DNA of 64,000 nt. It comes from Fibrobacteria bacterium (lineage in GTDB: Bacteria > Fibrobacterota > Fibrobacteria > UBA11236). The notes under the pieces were generated by a model. The model made no database searches. It was not told the origin of the DNA and saw only the letters and a list, made by a program, of their open reading frames with translations. The position numbers were made by a program, and so were the translations under genes. This document shows positions 38,186 to 47,992 of the stretch, one piece after another; position 1 is the first letter of the stretch, and the number at the start of each line of letters is the position of its first letter. The stretch covers positions 1 to 64,000 of the forward strand of contig JAYTSD010000004.1 of the NCBI GenBank assembly GCA_043745805.1, read 5' to 3'.

Positions 38186-39649
38186 TTATGCCACTTCACA
38201 TAAGGAATGGTTTTTAGAAGCTAATAAAGACGGCTGCTTTTGCAAAAATTCATCTACCGCCTTAGCGCATTCACGACCTTCGGAAATGGCCCAAACCACA
38301 AGCGATTGACCACGACGCATATCTCCTGCAGCAAAAACCTTTTCTACTGAGGTTGCAAAATTATTATTGGTTTTAACATTACCCCGTTCATCTTTATCTA
38401 AGCCGAGTTGTTCTAATAAGCCCTTAGGTTCAGGAAAAAGAAAACCCATGGCCAAAAATACTCTTTCAGCTTGCATAAAAAACTCGGAACCAGAAATTTC
38501 CGTAGGCTTATTACCTTCCCATTGTACACGTACGCAATTAATACCTTTGAGGTTACCTGCTTCGTCTTTTATAAATTCTTTAGAAAGTACGGACCAATCG
38601 CGATGACAACCTTCACCTTGCGATGAAGAAGTACTTAACATGCGAGGACCAGGATGCGAAGGCCAAGGTGTTTCCGCTGTACGCGTTTCCGGTGGCTTGG
38701 GCAAAATTTCGATTTGAGTCACTTTGGCTGCACCCTGACGGATAGAAGTGCCTACACAGTCCGAACCCGTATCGCCGCCACCAATAACGACTACATGCTT
38801 TCCGGTGGCTAAGATTTCTTCCTGAGCAGAAATCACATCACCTTGTTGACGCTTATTACTTTGTGTTAAGAAAGTCATAGCAGGATAAATTCCTGTCGCG
38901 TCACGTCCAGGTATCGGTAAGTCACGTGCTACAGTAGATCCACCGGCCAAAACAATGGCATCATAGGAATTACGTAATTCTTCAATAGAAACATTCACAC
39001 CCACATTGGCATTGGTAATAAATTGAATGCCTTCGGCGCGCATTACATCGACGCGTCTTTGTACATTATGTTTATCGAGTTTGAAATCGGGAATACCATA
39101 ACGCAATAAACCACCAATTCTATCGGCACGTTCATAAACGGTTACCATATGGCCAGCTTTATTCAATTGATCGGCAGCGGCTAAACCCGCAGGTCCTGAT
39201 CCAATGACGGCTATCTTTTTTTCAGTACGTATTGCAGGAGTTACAGGATTTACCCAACCTTGATCGAAAGCATAATCGACAATAGCCACTTCAATGTTTT
39301 TAATGGCTACGGGAGGATTGGTAATGCCAAGTACACAAGCTGATTCGCAAGGTGCAGGACAAATACGTCCGGTAAATTCAGGGAAATTATTCGTCGCAAT
39401 CAGCGAACGATAAGCCGCTTGCCATTTGCCATTATAAACTTGATCATTAAAGTCAGGAATTAAATTACCCAAGGGACAACCGGTATGGCAAAAGGGGACG
39501 CCACAATCCATACAACGCGCGCCCTGCGTTTCCAGCTCCACCTTAGTTAAAGGGATTGAAAATTCCTTATAATTTTTAATTCGATCTTCCACTGGAAGAT
39601 ACTTGGAGGTTTGGCGAGCGAATTCTTTAAAGCCCGTAATCTTTCCCAT
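38186..39649 (-). CDS. gltD: Glutamate synthase small subunit
   Basis: RCMDCGVPFC, NNFPEFTGRICPAPCE, IGSGPAG, IGGGDTGSDC, RRGQSLVVWAI. Confidence 0.97.
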   Translation of the reverse strand: MGKITGFKEFARQTSKYLPVEDRIKNYKEFSIPLTKVELETQGARCMDCGVPFCHTGCPLGNLIPDFNDQVYNGKWQAAYRSLIATNNFPEFTGRICPAPCESACVLGITNPPVAIKNIEVAIVDYAFDQGWVNPVTPAIRTEKKIAVIGSGPAGLAAADQLNKAGHMVTVYERADRIGGLLRYGIPDFKLDKHNVQRRVDVMRAEGIQFITNANVGVNVSIEELRNSYDAIVLAGGSTVARDLPIPGRDATGIYPAMTFLTQSNKRQQGDVISAQEEILATGKHVVVIGGGDTGSDCVGTSIRQGAAKVTQIEILPKPPETRTAETPWPSHPGPRMLSTSSSQGEGCHRDWSVLSKEFIKDEAGNLKGINCVRVQWEGNKPTEISGSEFFMQAERVFLAMGFLFPEPKGLLEQLGLDKDERGNVKTNNNFATSVEKVFAAGDMRRGQSLVVWAISEGRECAKAVDEFLQKQPSLLASKNHSLCEVA

Positions 39650-42600
39650 TATCCATTCCCCTTTTCCATTTGCATAGTCGCTTCAGCAGCCAAATCTGCC
39701 AAAGCGCGTTTATAATCACGTGGCATTACTTTAATAAATTTGCCTTGGTTTTCTTTCCAATGACTTAAAATTTCTTTAGCTGTAGGGCTATTAGTGTATT
39801 CGAGATATTTTTCAATCATGCCTTTAACTTCAATGATTTCTTCACTCTCGCTTAACTCTTCTAGGTCCACCATTTCTTTATTGATACGGCTCGCTAATTT
39901 ACCGGCCACATCCCAGATATAGGCGATGCCTCCACTCATACCTGCCGCGAAGTTACGGCCGATTTCACCCAGGATAACGGCTTTACCACCGGTCATATAT
40001 TCACAACCGTGATCGCCTACAGATTCCACTACTACACGTGCACCGGAGTTACGTACACAAAAGCGTTCGCCGGCCATACCATAGATATAAGCTTCTCCAC
40101 TAGTGGCACCATAAAAGGACACATTACCCACAATCACATTGTCGCGAGGAATGAATTTGGAATTTTTGGGTGGATATAAAATCACTTTTCCGCCAGATAA
40201 ACCTTTGCAGAAATAATCATTGGCTTCCCCTTCGAGCTCAAAGGTTACCCCTTTAACTCCGAATGCGGAAAAACTTTGTCCTGCCGAACCTTTAGCTTTA
40301 AAGTAAATCGTGTCTTCCGGCAATCCATTTTCGCCATACTTACGTGTTACCTCAGAAGAAAGCAATGTTCCTACAGTACGATGCACATTACGAATTTTAA
40401 ATTCAGCTCTTACAGGTTTAGCATTTTCCAAAGCCGGTTTCGCCATTTCAATTAATTGCCAATCTAAGGCTTTTTCTAATCCATGATCTTGCGATTCACA
40501 GCAAAAGCTTCCACCGGTTTTCGCGCCCATATTATACAGCAATTTATTGAGGTCTAAATTTTTAGCCTTCCAATGCTTAATATCTTTTTTCGGAGCCAAT
40601 TTATCGACGCGCCCAACCATTTCAGAAATTGTTCGGAAACCCAACAAAGCCATGTGTTCACGTAAATCTTCTGCTAAGAAACGGAAAAAATTTACCACAT
40701 GATCCGCTTCACCAGAAAAGAGTTTACGTAAATCTTCATCTTGAGTGGCAATGCCTACAGGACAAGTATTCAAATGGCATTTGCGCATCATTATACAACC
40801 CATTACCACTAATCCAGCTGTAGCCACACCCCATTCTTCGGCGCCTAATAAAGTCGCAATAGCAATATCGCGTCCGGTACGTAATTGACCATCGGTTTGC
40901 ACCACAATACGGCTACGCAAACCATTTTTCAATAATACTTGATGCGTTTCTGCCAAACCTAATTCCCAAGGCAAGCCAGCATGCTTAATGGACGTTAAGG
41001 GTGAAGCACCTGTGCCACCGTCATAACCTGCGATTAACACGACATCGGAATGCGCTTTTGCTACACCTGCAGCGATAGTTCCCACGCCAACTTCTGACAC
41101 TAGTTTCACACTAATACGGGCTTTATGATTTGCATTTTTCAAATCGTAAATGAGTTGGGCTAAATCCTCAATGGAATAAATATCATGATGTGGAGGAGGA
41201 GAAATTAACCCTACCCAAGGCGTGGAATGGCGCGTACGAGCAATCCACTTATCCACTTTTTTACCGGGTAATTGTCCACCTTCACCAGGCTTAGCACCTT
41301 GTGCTACTTTAATTTGTAATTCGTCAGCATTCACCAAATAAGCAGAGGTAACACCAAAGCGACCGGACGCCACTTGCTTAATGGCCGAGCGCATGCTATC
41401 ACCATTCGGAAGTGGCTTATAACGAATAGGATCTTCGCCACCTTCGCCCGTATTACTTTTCGCGCCAATGCGATTCATGGCTATAGCCAAAGTAGTATGC
41501 GCTTCCCAGCTTATCGATCCAAAAGACATTGCTCCCGAAGCAAAACGCTTAAGAATATTTTCTACGGATTCCACTTCTTCTAAAGGAATAGGATTGGTAT
41601 TCACTAAATCCAGCAAACCACGAATGGTGTATAAGTTACGCGACTGTTCATCTACCGAACGCGCGTATTCCTTATAGGTTTTATAATTATTGGTACGAGA
41701 ACTTTGTTGAAGTTTATGAATGGTATCAGGATTAAATAAATGCCTGTCTCCACGCTGACGCCATTGATATTGACCGCCTACTTCTAAATCCCATTCATCG
41801 CCCGTTTGTTCTTGAGGATAAGCAAAACGATGACGTAATAATGTTTCTTCTTCTAAGGTATCGATTTCCGATCCACCTAAACGCGAAACTGTTCCGGTAA
41901 AATATTCATCCACTAAATCCTGACTTAAACCCACGGCTTCAAAAATCTGCGCGCCAATATACGATTGAATCGTGGATATACCCATTTTAGAAATAATTTT
42001 CATCAAACCTTTATTAATAGATTTGATATATTGATATTGTGCCTTTTCTGGAGTCAATGTATCGGCCATCAATTTGCGACGACGCATATCTTCTATGCTT
42101 TCAAAAGCCAAATAAGGATTAATCGCGCTAGCGCCATAACCAAGCAAGCAAGCAAAGTGGTGTACTTCGCGCGCTTCGCCAGTTTCAATAATAATCCCAC
42201 ATTGCGAACGCGTGCCTTCGCGAATTAAATGATGATGCACCGCAGCTACAGCGAGTAATGAAGGTACCGCAGCATGATCAGAATCCACCGGTTTATCGGA
42301 AAGGACTATAACATTATAGCCTTCTTGAATAGCTTCCGAAGCTTGGCGACGAATGCGTTCCAACGCTTTTTCTAAACGCTTTTCTCCTACCGAAGATTTA
42401 AACACAATTGGAATGGTACGCGCTTGAAAATGATTTTTATCAACCCAACGTAAACGTTCCAAATCATCATTGGTAAGTACCGGCTGTGGTAACTCAATCA
42501 CGCGACAATGCTTATCGGTTTCGTCGAGTAAATTATCTTCTTTACCTACAAAAGAGGTAAGTGACATGACCATTTCTTCGCGAATAGAATCAATAGGTGG

Positions 42601-44193
42601 ATTAGTCACTTGTGCGAAGAGCTGATGGAAATAATTAAACAGATTTAAAGATTTATCCGATAATACCGCAATCGGCGAATCGTTACCCATCGAGCCAATG
42701 GCCTCTTCTCCAAGATTAACCATTGGAGCCATGAGTATGCGTAAATCTTCCAAAGTATAGCCGAAAAACTTTTGTCTTCGAAGCAAAGTTTCGGTATCGG
42801 GTTGCTTAATTTCACGCGGCGGTTTCAGCTGCGAGAGTTCAATTTTTTCCTTGGCTAACCATTTTGCATAAGGCTTACGTGCGCAAATGCGGGCTTTAAT
42901 TTCTTCATCGGGAATAATTCGGCCTTCATCAATACTGGCAATAAACATGCGGCCAGGTTGCAAGCGGCCTTTGAGCTTAATAGTTTCCGGAGGAAATTCT
43001 AATACACCAGCTTCTGAGGCCATCACGAGGACATCGTCTTCGGTAAGCACATAGCGACTAGGACGCAAACCATTGCGATCCAAAGTAGCCCCAATTAAAT
43101 GGCCATCGGTGAAGGCTACCGAAGCAGGGCCATCCCAAGGTTCCATTAAGGTTCCATGATATTCATAAAAAGCTTTTTTCTCAGGAGACATTTCGGAATC
43201 TTTTTCCCAAGCTTCGGGAATAAGCATCATCATCACATGAGGTAAAGAGCGACCTCCTAAAACAAGCAATTCCACAACATTATCTAGTTTAGCAGAATCG
43301 GATCCGTCTTCATCGATGATAGGCAAAAGTTTTTTGATTTCATCGGGTGTGAATAATTTGGATTTTAATAAAGTTTCGCGCGAGCGCATCCAATTGACAT
43401 TACCACGCAAGGTATTGATTTCACCGTTGTGAGCAATGTAACGAAATGGATGGGCTAATGGCCAAGTGGGAAAGGTGTTCGTGGAAAAGCGGCTATGCAC
43501 TAAGGCTAATGCCGATTCAAAACTTTCATCATGCAAGTCATTGAAATACTCTAAAACTTGAGAGGAAATAAATAAGCCTTTATAAACTATGGTTTTATAA
43601 GACAAGGATCCGACATAAAAATATTCGGTTCCAGGAATACTGCTTTCGCGAATACAACGTTCGGCATATTTACGAATGACATATAATTTGCGTTCAAAAG
43701 CATCCGCATCTTTGGCATTTTTGCCGCGCTGAATAAAGACTTGCATCATTTTGGGTTCGGTAGCTTTAACCATTTCGGCAATACCCGTATTGTTTACAGG
43801 TAAATTTCTCCAACCGATAATTTTTTGACCCAATTCTTCTGTAGAACGTGTGAAAATCTTTTTGCATTCCGCCAAAGAAGTTTCATCATGAGGCATGAAA
43901 AGTTGTCCCACAGCATATTCACCTGGAGGAGGTAATGTGAAGCCTAATTCGGAACATTTCTTCAAGAAAAATTCATGTGGAATTTGGGTTAAAATACCGG
44001 CGCCGTCGCCTGCATTTTTTTCTGCACCTGAAGCACCACGATGCTCTAAGTTGGCGAGCAATTCTATTCCTTTGGAAACAATCCAATGGGATTTCTTGCC
44101 CCTCAAATTCACCACAAAGCCGACGCCACAAGCATCGTGCTCATTCTGAGGATGATACAAACCTTCCGCCGGGGGGTAACCTAGGTGCTTCAT
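39649..44193 (-). CDS. gltB: Glutamate synthase large subunit
   Basis: HDACGVGF, HSRFSTNTFP, AQGAKPGEGGQLPG, CIMMRKCHLNTCPVG. Confidence 0.98.
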   Translation of the reverse strand: MKHLGYPPAEGLYHPQNEHDACGVGFVVNLRGKKSHWIVSKGIELLANLEHRGASGAEKNAGDGAGILTQIPHEFFLKKCSELGFTLPPPGEYAVGQLFMPHDETSLAECKKIFTRSTEELGQKIIGWRNLPVNNTGIAEMVKATEPKMMQVFIQRGKNAKDADAFERKLYVIRKYAERCIRESSIPGTEYFYVGSLSYKTIVYKGLFISSQVLEYFNDLHDESFESALALVHSRFSTNTFPTWPLAHPFRYIAHNGEINTLRGNVNWMRSRETLLKSKLFTPDEIKKLLPIIDEDGSDSAKLDNVVELLVLGGRSLPHVMMMLIPEAWEKDSEMSPEKKAFYEYHGTLMEPWDGPASVAFTDGHLIGATLDRNGLRPSRYVLTEDDVLVMASEAGVLEFPPETIKLKGRLQPGRMFIASIDEGRIIPDEEIKARICARKPYAKWLAKEKIELSQLKPPREIKQPDTETLLRRQKFFGYTLEDLRILMAPMVNLGEEAIGSMGNDSPIAVLSDKSLNLFNYFHQLFAQVTNPPIDSIREEMVMSLTSFVGKEDNLLDETDKHCRVIELPQPVLTNDDLERLRWVDKNHFQARTIPIVFKSSVGEKRLEKALERIRRQASEAIQEGYNVIVLSDKPVDSDHAAVPSLLAVAAVHHHLIREGTRSQCGIIIETGEAREVHHFACLLGYGASAINPYLAFESIEDMRRRKLMADTLTPEKAQYQYIKSINKGLMKIISKMGISTIQSYIGAQIFEAVGLSQDLVDEYFTGTVSRLGGSEIDTLEEETLLRHRFAYPQEQTGDEWDLEVGGQYQWRQRGDRHLFNPDTIHKLQQSSRTNNYKTYKEYARSVDEQSRNLYTIRGLLDLVNTNPIPLEEVESVENILKRFASGAMSFGSISWEAHTTLAIAMNRIGAKSNTGEGGEDPIRYKPLPNGDSMRSAIKQVASGRFGVTSAYLVNADELQIKVAQGAKPGEGGQLPGKKVDKWIARTRHSTPWVGLISPPPHHDIYSIEDLAQLIYDLKNANHKARISVKLVSEVGVGTIAAGVAKAHSDVVLIAGYDGGTGASPLTSIKHAGLPWELGLAETHQVLLKNGLRSRIVVQTDGQLRTGRDIAIATLLGAEEWGVATAGLVVMGCIMMRKCHLNTCPVGIATQDEDLRKLFSGEADHVVNFFRFLAEDLREHMALLGFRTISEMVGRVDKLAPKKDIKHWKAKNLDLNKLLYNMGAKTGGSFCCESQDHGLEKALDWQLIEMAKPALENAKPVRAEFKIRNVHRTVGTLLSSEVTRKYGENGLPEDTIYFKAKGSAGQSFSAFGVKGVTFELEGEANDYFCKGLSGGKVILYPPKNSKFIPRDNVIVGNVSFYGATSGEAYIYGMAGERFCVRNSGARVVVESVGDHGCEYMTGGKAVILGEIGRNFAAGMSGGIAYIWDVAGKLASRINKEMVDLEELSESEEIIEVKGMIEKYLEYTNSPTAKEILSHWKENQGKFIKVMPRDYKRALADLAAEATMQMEKGNG

Positions 44194-44434
44194 CTTAGTT
44201 CTCTTCTCATTAAATCAAAATCAATAACATTACTTAAAAAACTTACCGATATTTTCGCAAACCGAAAACCACCGTCAAAGCGATACCATAGAGTGGTATG
44301 CCTTAGCGAGGCCCACAATAGCGCTTTCTGGCACTATCGGGCACTATCTTGGCGGGCTTTTCAACCCAGCCCAAAAATAAGAAGATTTTGGATTTAGTCA
44401 CCTTTTTAATTACTCAAGAGGCGAACTTTCTCTT

Positions 44435-45004
44435 TTAAGGGTTAAATTGAGAAATGTCCCCGTGCTCTTCAGCGCTTAACAAATAGGCTTTGACATCGAT
44501 ATTTAGGACTTCCCAAGACCCTGCAGCAATTTCATTTTCCAATTGGCCGACTCCCCATCCAGAGTACCCCAAAAAAAGTCGAGAAGTTTTCAGGTCAATA
44601 TCAAGAATAGATTGAATGGATGCCCATTCCCCTCCAAGAAATAAATTAGGCAATATTTCCATTGCTCCAAAAGCCGGATTTTCCGTGATTTGCAAAACTT
44701 GTAATTCCTCGCTTTGAACTGGCCCGCCAATAAAAATCGGTCTGAGATTTTTAGCCTCAAATCCTTGTCCTTCAAATACTTCCGACAGTGGCATATGCGT
44801 TACACAGTTTAACACCAGCCCATAAGCGCCTTGTTCATTATGGCGGCAAATGAGGATTTTGGAACCCTTAAAATTTGGATCCAATAAGCTTTGCCTTGCC
44901 AACAAAATACAACCCGAACTCAGTCGTTTTATATGGTCGGCAGGTACGAAATCACCTACGTGATTTTCGGGTGAATCTTCTGGTTGCGAATTTTTAGATT
45001 TCAT
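44435..45004 (-). CDS. YqgE/AlgH (UPF0301) family protein
   Basis: LDPNF, GAYGLVLN, FIGGPV, FLGYSGWGVGQLENEI..GSW. Confidence 0.9.
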   Translation of the reverse strand: MKSKNSQPEDSPENHVGDFVPADHIKRLSSGCILLARQSLLDPNFKGSKILICRHNEQGAYGLVLNCVTHMPLSEVFEGQGFEAKNLRPIFIGGPVQSEELQVLQITENPAFGAMEILPNLFLGGEWASIQSILDIDLKTSRLFLGYSGWGVGQLENEIAAGSWEVLNIDVKAYLLSAEEHGDISQFNP

Positions 45005-45214
45005 CCCTTTGAATATAAAATAATCATAGCGTTACTTCGCTTTTACTTGAGGTTTGACAAGGACTTAAGCCCCTTAAACCAGTATATTCCAAAATGCCCA
45101 AAAACTGAGTTAAAAGATTCTGAAAAGCTATTCAAGTTCACCTCCTCTTTGCCGATAAAGTCCGTAGGTATCGCAAATTTCAGTAGATCCAAGTGGATCT
45201 CAAGGGAGAAAAAA

Positions 45215-45736
45215 ATGCCACAGACCGTTATGAATCCCTCACTTATCAGTCCCTCCCGAATTCGACGTGAAACTCGCCAATGCAAACATCCAGCTTGCGG
45301 CAAAAAATTTGATGGCTCCCCAACATCACTTTATTGCCCCGAGCATAGAACTCGCAAAAGCCGTGCTGAACGTTTTGTCCCTAAACAAGTAGCTTCTCCT
45401 GCAGAAAACAATTTGGTGTTTCAGGATATTCCCTCAACCCAATCGGTTCCGGTACAAAAAACTATGGCCTGCGCTTTAGCCCAATGCGGCAGGCATTATA
45501 CCTTTGCCGTATATTCGGATCATACTATTTACCCCATGTATTGTGATTTACATCGAACTGAGTTTAAGCGACGATTCTTCTTGCGCATGGCAGAACAAGG
45601 GAAAAACATTCATTATGAAAAATCGCAAATAAAAAAATGGAGCGATTATGAAGTTCAATTTGAGGATTATGCATTGCAACAACAGCCATTAGATGCTTTT
45701 TTAACTCGCAAACCTCGATCTTCGCGGCCGCAATAA
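45215..45736 (+). CDS. Hypothetical protein with two CCCH-type putative zinc fingers
   Basis: CKHPAC-x12-CPEH and CALAQC-x18-CDLH. ATG 45215 follows a GGGAG RBS (track start 44984 overlaps the divergent gene). Confidence 0.75.
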   Translation: MPQTVMNPSLISPSRIRRETRQCKHPACGKKFDGSPTSLYCPEHRTRKSRAERFVPKQVASPAENNLVFQDIPSTQSVPVQKTMACALAQCGRHYTFAVYSDHTIYPMYCDLHRTEFKRRFFLRMAEQGKNIHYEKSQIKKWSDYEVQFEDYALQQQPLDAFLTRKPRSSRPQ

Positions 45737-45851
45737 TTTTTTTTAATCCTTAAGTTTCTACAATAAAAAAATATTACCTTCCTTCTCTTTCTCGGTTAAA
45801 GATAAGGAAGGTAACATCTCGGTTTCCCCACAATTCCCCATCAATGTTGCG

Positions 45852-46481
45852 ATTAACCAGCGTGATACCCTACTTTTGTTCACAAAGTTTCCTGAACTCG
45901 GAAAGTGTAAAACCCGCTTAGCCAAAACATTGGGTGTAGATAAAGCCTTACAAATTTATCGAGCATTGCTGGGATATACCCTAAGCACAATTAAGCAAAC
46001 TCCTTTTTATAAAGTAGCAGTGATCACTCCAGATGATAGCATGGCTACTTCTGGGCAGTGGGCCGCTAATTTGGATGATTATTGGCCCCAAGGCGAAGGT
46101 GATTTAGGACAAAGAATATTTCGCGCCATTGAATTGGCATTTCAATCGGGTGCAAGATCAGTAATAATTTTAGGTGCAGATTGCCCACAAATTACTCCAA
46201 TAACTATTAAAAAGGCCTTTACTGAGTTAGAAAAAGTTGATTTAGTCCTTGGACCAAGTCATGATGGAGGCTATTATTTGCTCGGTTGCAAAAAAGCTTT
46301 TCCCTTTCTTTTTCAGGGTATTCCTTGGAGCACGGAAGATGTTTTAAAAATAACGCGGAACATTCTAAATTTGCACGACTTAAGCTACATTTTGCTCGAA
46401 AAATTGTTCGACATCGACACAGAAGAAGACTTAAACCAAATAAGAAACTTCACTTCACTTAATAATTTGGGAATCGATTAA
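45852..46481 (+). CDS. TIGR04282/DUF2064 family glycosyl/nucleotidyl-transferase
   Basis: FTKFPELGKCKTRLA, QGEGDLGQR, LGADCP, LGPSHDGGYYLLG, IPWST, DIDTEEDL. Start uncertain (ATT 45852 or TTG 45876). Confidence 0.88.
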   Translation: MNQRDTLLLFTKFPELGKCKTRLAKTLGVDKALQIYRALLGYTLSTIKQTPFYKVAVITPDDSMATSGQWAANLDDYWPQGEGDLGQRIFRAIELAFQSGARSVIILGADCPQITPITIKKAFTELEKVDLVLGPSHDGGYYLLGCKKAFPFLFQGIPWSTEDVLKITRNILNLHDLSYILLEKLFDIDTEEDLNQIRNFTSLNNLGID

Positions 46482-47986
46482 TGCGGGATTCACTTGTCTA
46501 TTTACTCTTCGGCCTATATGCCATCGCCTCAGTTGGCCTATTTATTTACGGAATTAATTGCTATTGGCTGCTGACATTATTTTTAAAAAATAAACGCAAG
46601 GAGGTTGTGCATGACCGCCGCAAGCTCAGAGTATTTTATGCGGGTCAAGGTTTAGAAAAACTCCCCTTGGTAACCACACAGTTACCCGTTTACAATGAAC
46701 GTAATGTGGTAGAGCGACTATTAGACGCTGTTTGCGCTATGGAATACCCTGCTGGTCGTCATGAAATTCAATTGCTCGATGATTCCACGGATGGAACCGA
46801 TAAATTCAATGCCGAATTAGTGGCAAAGAAAAGAGCGGAAGGCCATGATATTGTGCATATTCACCGCACCCATCGCCATGACTATAAAGCAGGGGCCTTA
46901 AACGAAGGTATGGATGTCGCTAAAGGCGAATTCCTCGCCATCTTTGATGCAGACTTTGTTCCTCCTACGGATTATCTCTTAAAATGCGTACCCTTTTTGA
47001 CTATGGATGATGGCATTGGCCTAGTACAGGCACGCTGGGGTCATTTAAACTCACAAGAATCCTCATTAACATTGGCACAAAGCATTGGCATTGATGGACA
47101 TTTTGTAATTGAACAAAGTGCCCGCTCATGGGGCCGTTTATTCATGAACTTTAATGGCACCGCTGGAATTTGGCGTAAACAAGCCATTATTTCATCGGAA
47201 GGCTGGCAAGGCGACACCCTCACCGAAGATATGGATTTATCCTACCGCGCACAACTTGTTGGCTGGAGAATGAAGTTCCTTTATGATGTGGTCGTGCCTG
47301 CGGAGTTACCTTCGGATATCAATGCTTTTAAATCCCAACAATTCCGCTGGGCTAAAGGCTCCATTCAAACGGCGATGAAATTGTTGCCTAAAGTTTTGGC
47401 TTCCAAGCAAAGCTTGGCGGTTAAAGCCCAAAGCGTTTTACATACTACCCATTATATGATTCATCCTTTGATGTTAATCACCGCTCTATTAGCCATGCCA
47501 CTGCTATTGTACTTTCCATTCAAATTGGGAAATTATGCTTTTGCCAGCCTTTGTATGCTGATTTTAGTTTCTTCCTTGGCGCCGTCCATACTTTATTTGG
47601 TTGCGCAAAAAATGTCTCGCAAAAACTGGAAGAGTCGCATGCTTTCTTTGCCAACCCTTATGGCACTTGGTGTAGGCGTTGCTTTTAATAATACACGCGC
47701 CGTTGTCAGCGCTTTGTCTGGTCAAAAAGGTGCTTTTATTCGTACGCCTAAAGCCGGTGATAAAACCGTACAAATTTATGCTTCCAAATTTCCTGTGACT
47801 TCTATAATTGAATTAAGCCTTGCCGCTTATTGCTTTATGGGTTTCAAGGTTTATACAGCGCATCAAAAGTTTTTAGTAGGTCCATTTTTAGGACTTTATG
47901 CAGTAGGCTTTTTAGTAGTAGGAACCATGTCGCTTTTTCATCACTTACGCAAAGTATTTCAACTTCGCGTGAGAGCTGGCGCCTAA
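46481..47986 (+). CDS. Processive-type GT2 (cellulose synthase-like) glycosyltransferase
   Basis: QLPVYNE, DDSTD, KAGAL, FDADF, TEDMDLS, QQFRWAKG (QxxRW); flanking TMs. Confidence 0.92.
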   Translation: MRDSLVYLLFGLYAIASVGLFIYGINCYWLLTLFLKNKRKEVVHDRRKLRVFYAGQGLEKLPLVTTQLPVYNERNVVERLLDAVCAMEYPAGRHEIQLLDDSTDGTDKFNAELVAKKRAEGHDIVHIHRTHRHDYKAGALNEGMDVAKGEFLAIFDADFVPPTDYLLKCVPFLTMDDGIGLVQARWGHLNSQESSLTLAQSIGIDGHFVIEQSARSWGRLFMNFNGTAGIWRKQAIISSEGWQGDTLTEDMDLSYRAQLVGWRMKFLYDVVVPAELPSDINAFKSQQFRWAKGSIQTAMKLLPKVLASKQSLAVKAQSVLHTTHYMIHPLMLITALLAMPLLLYFPFKLGNYAFASLCMLILVSSLAPSILYLVAQKMSRKNWKSRMLSLPTLMALGVGVAFNNTRAVVSALSGQKGAFIRTPKAGDKTVQIYASKFPVTSIIELSLAAYCFMGFKVYTAHQKFLVGPFLGLYAVGFLVVGTMSLFHHLRKVFQLRVRAGA

Positions 47987-47992
47987 TTTCTT

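Noticed and set aside
44328..44353. ggcactatc direct repeat upstream of gltB as a sigma-54 promoter
   Set aside because: Wrong strand for gltB and a poor -12 element; too short to support.
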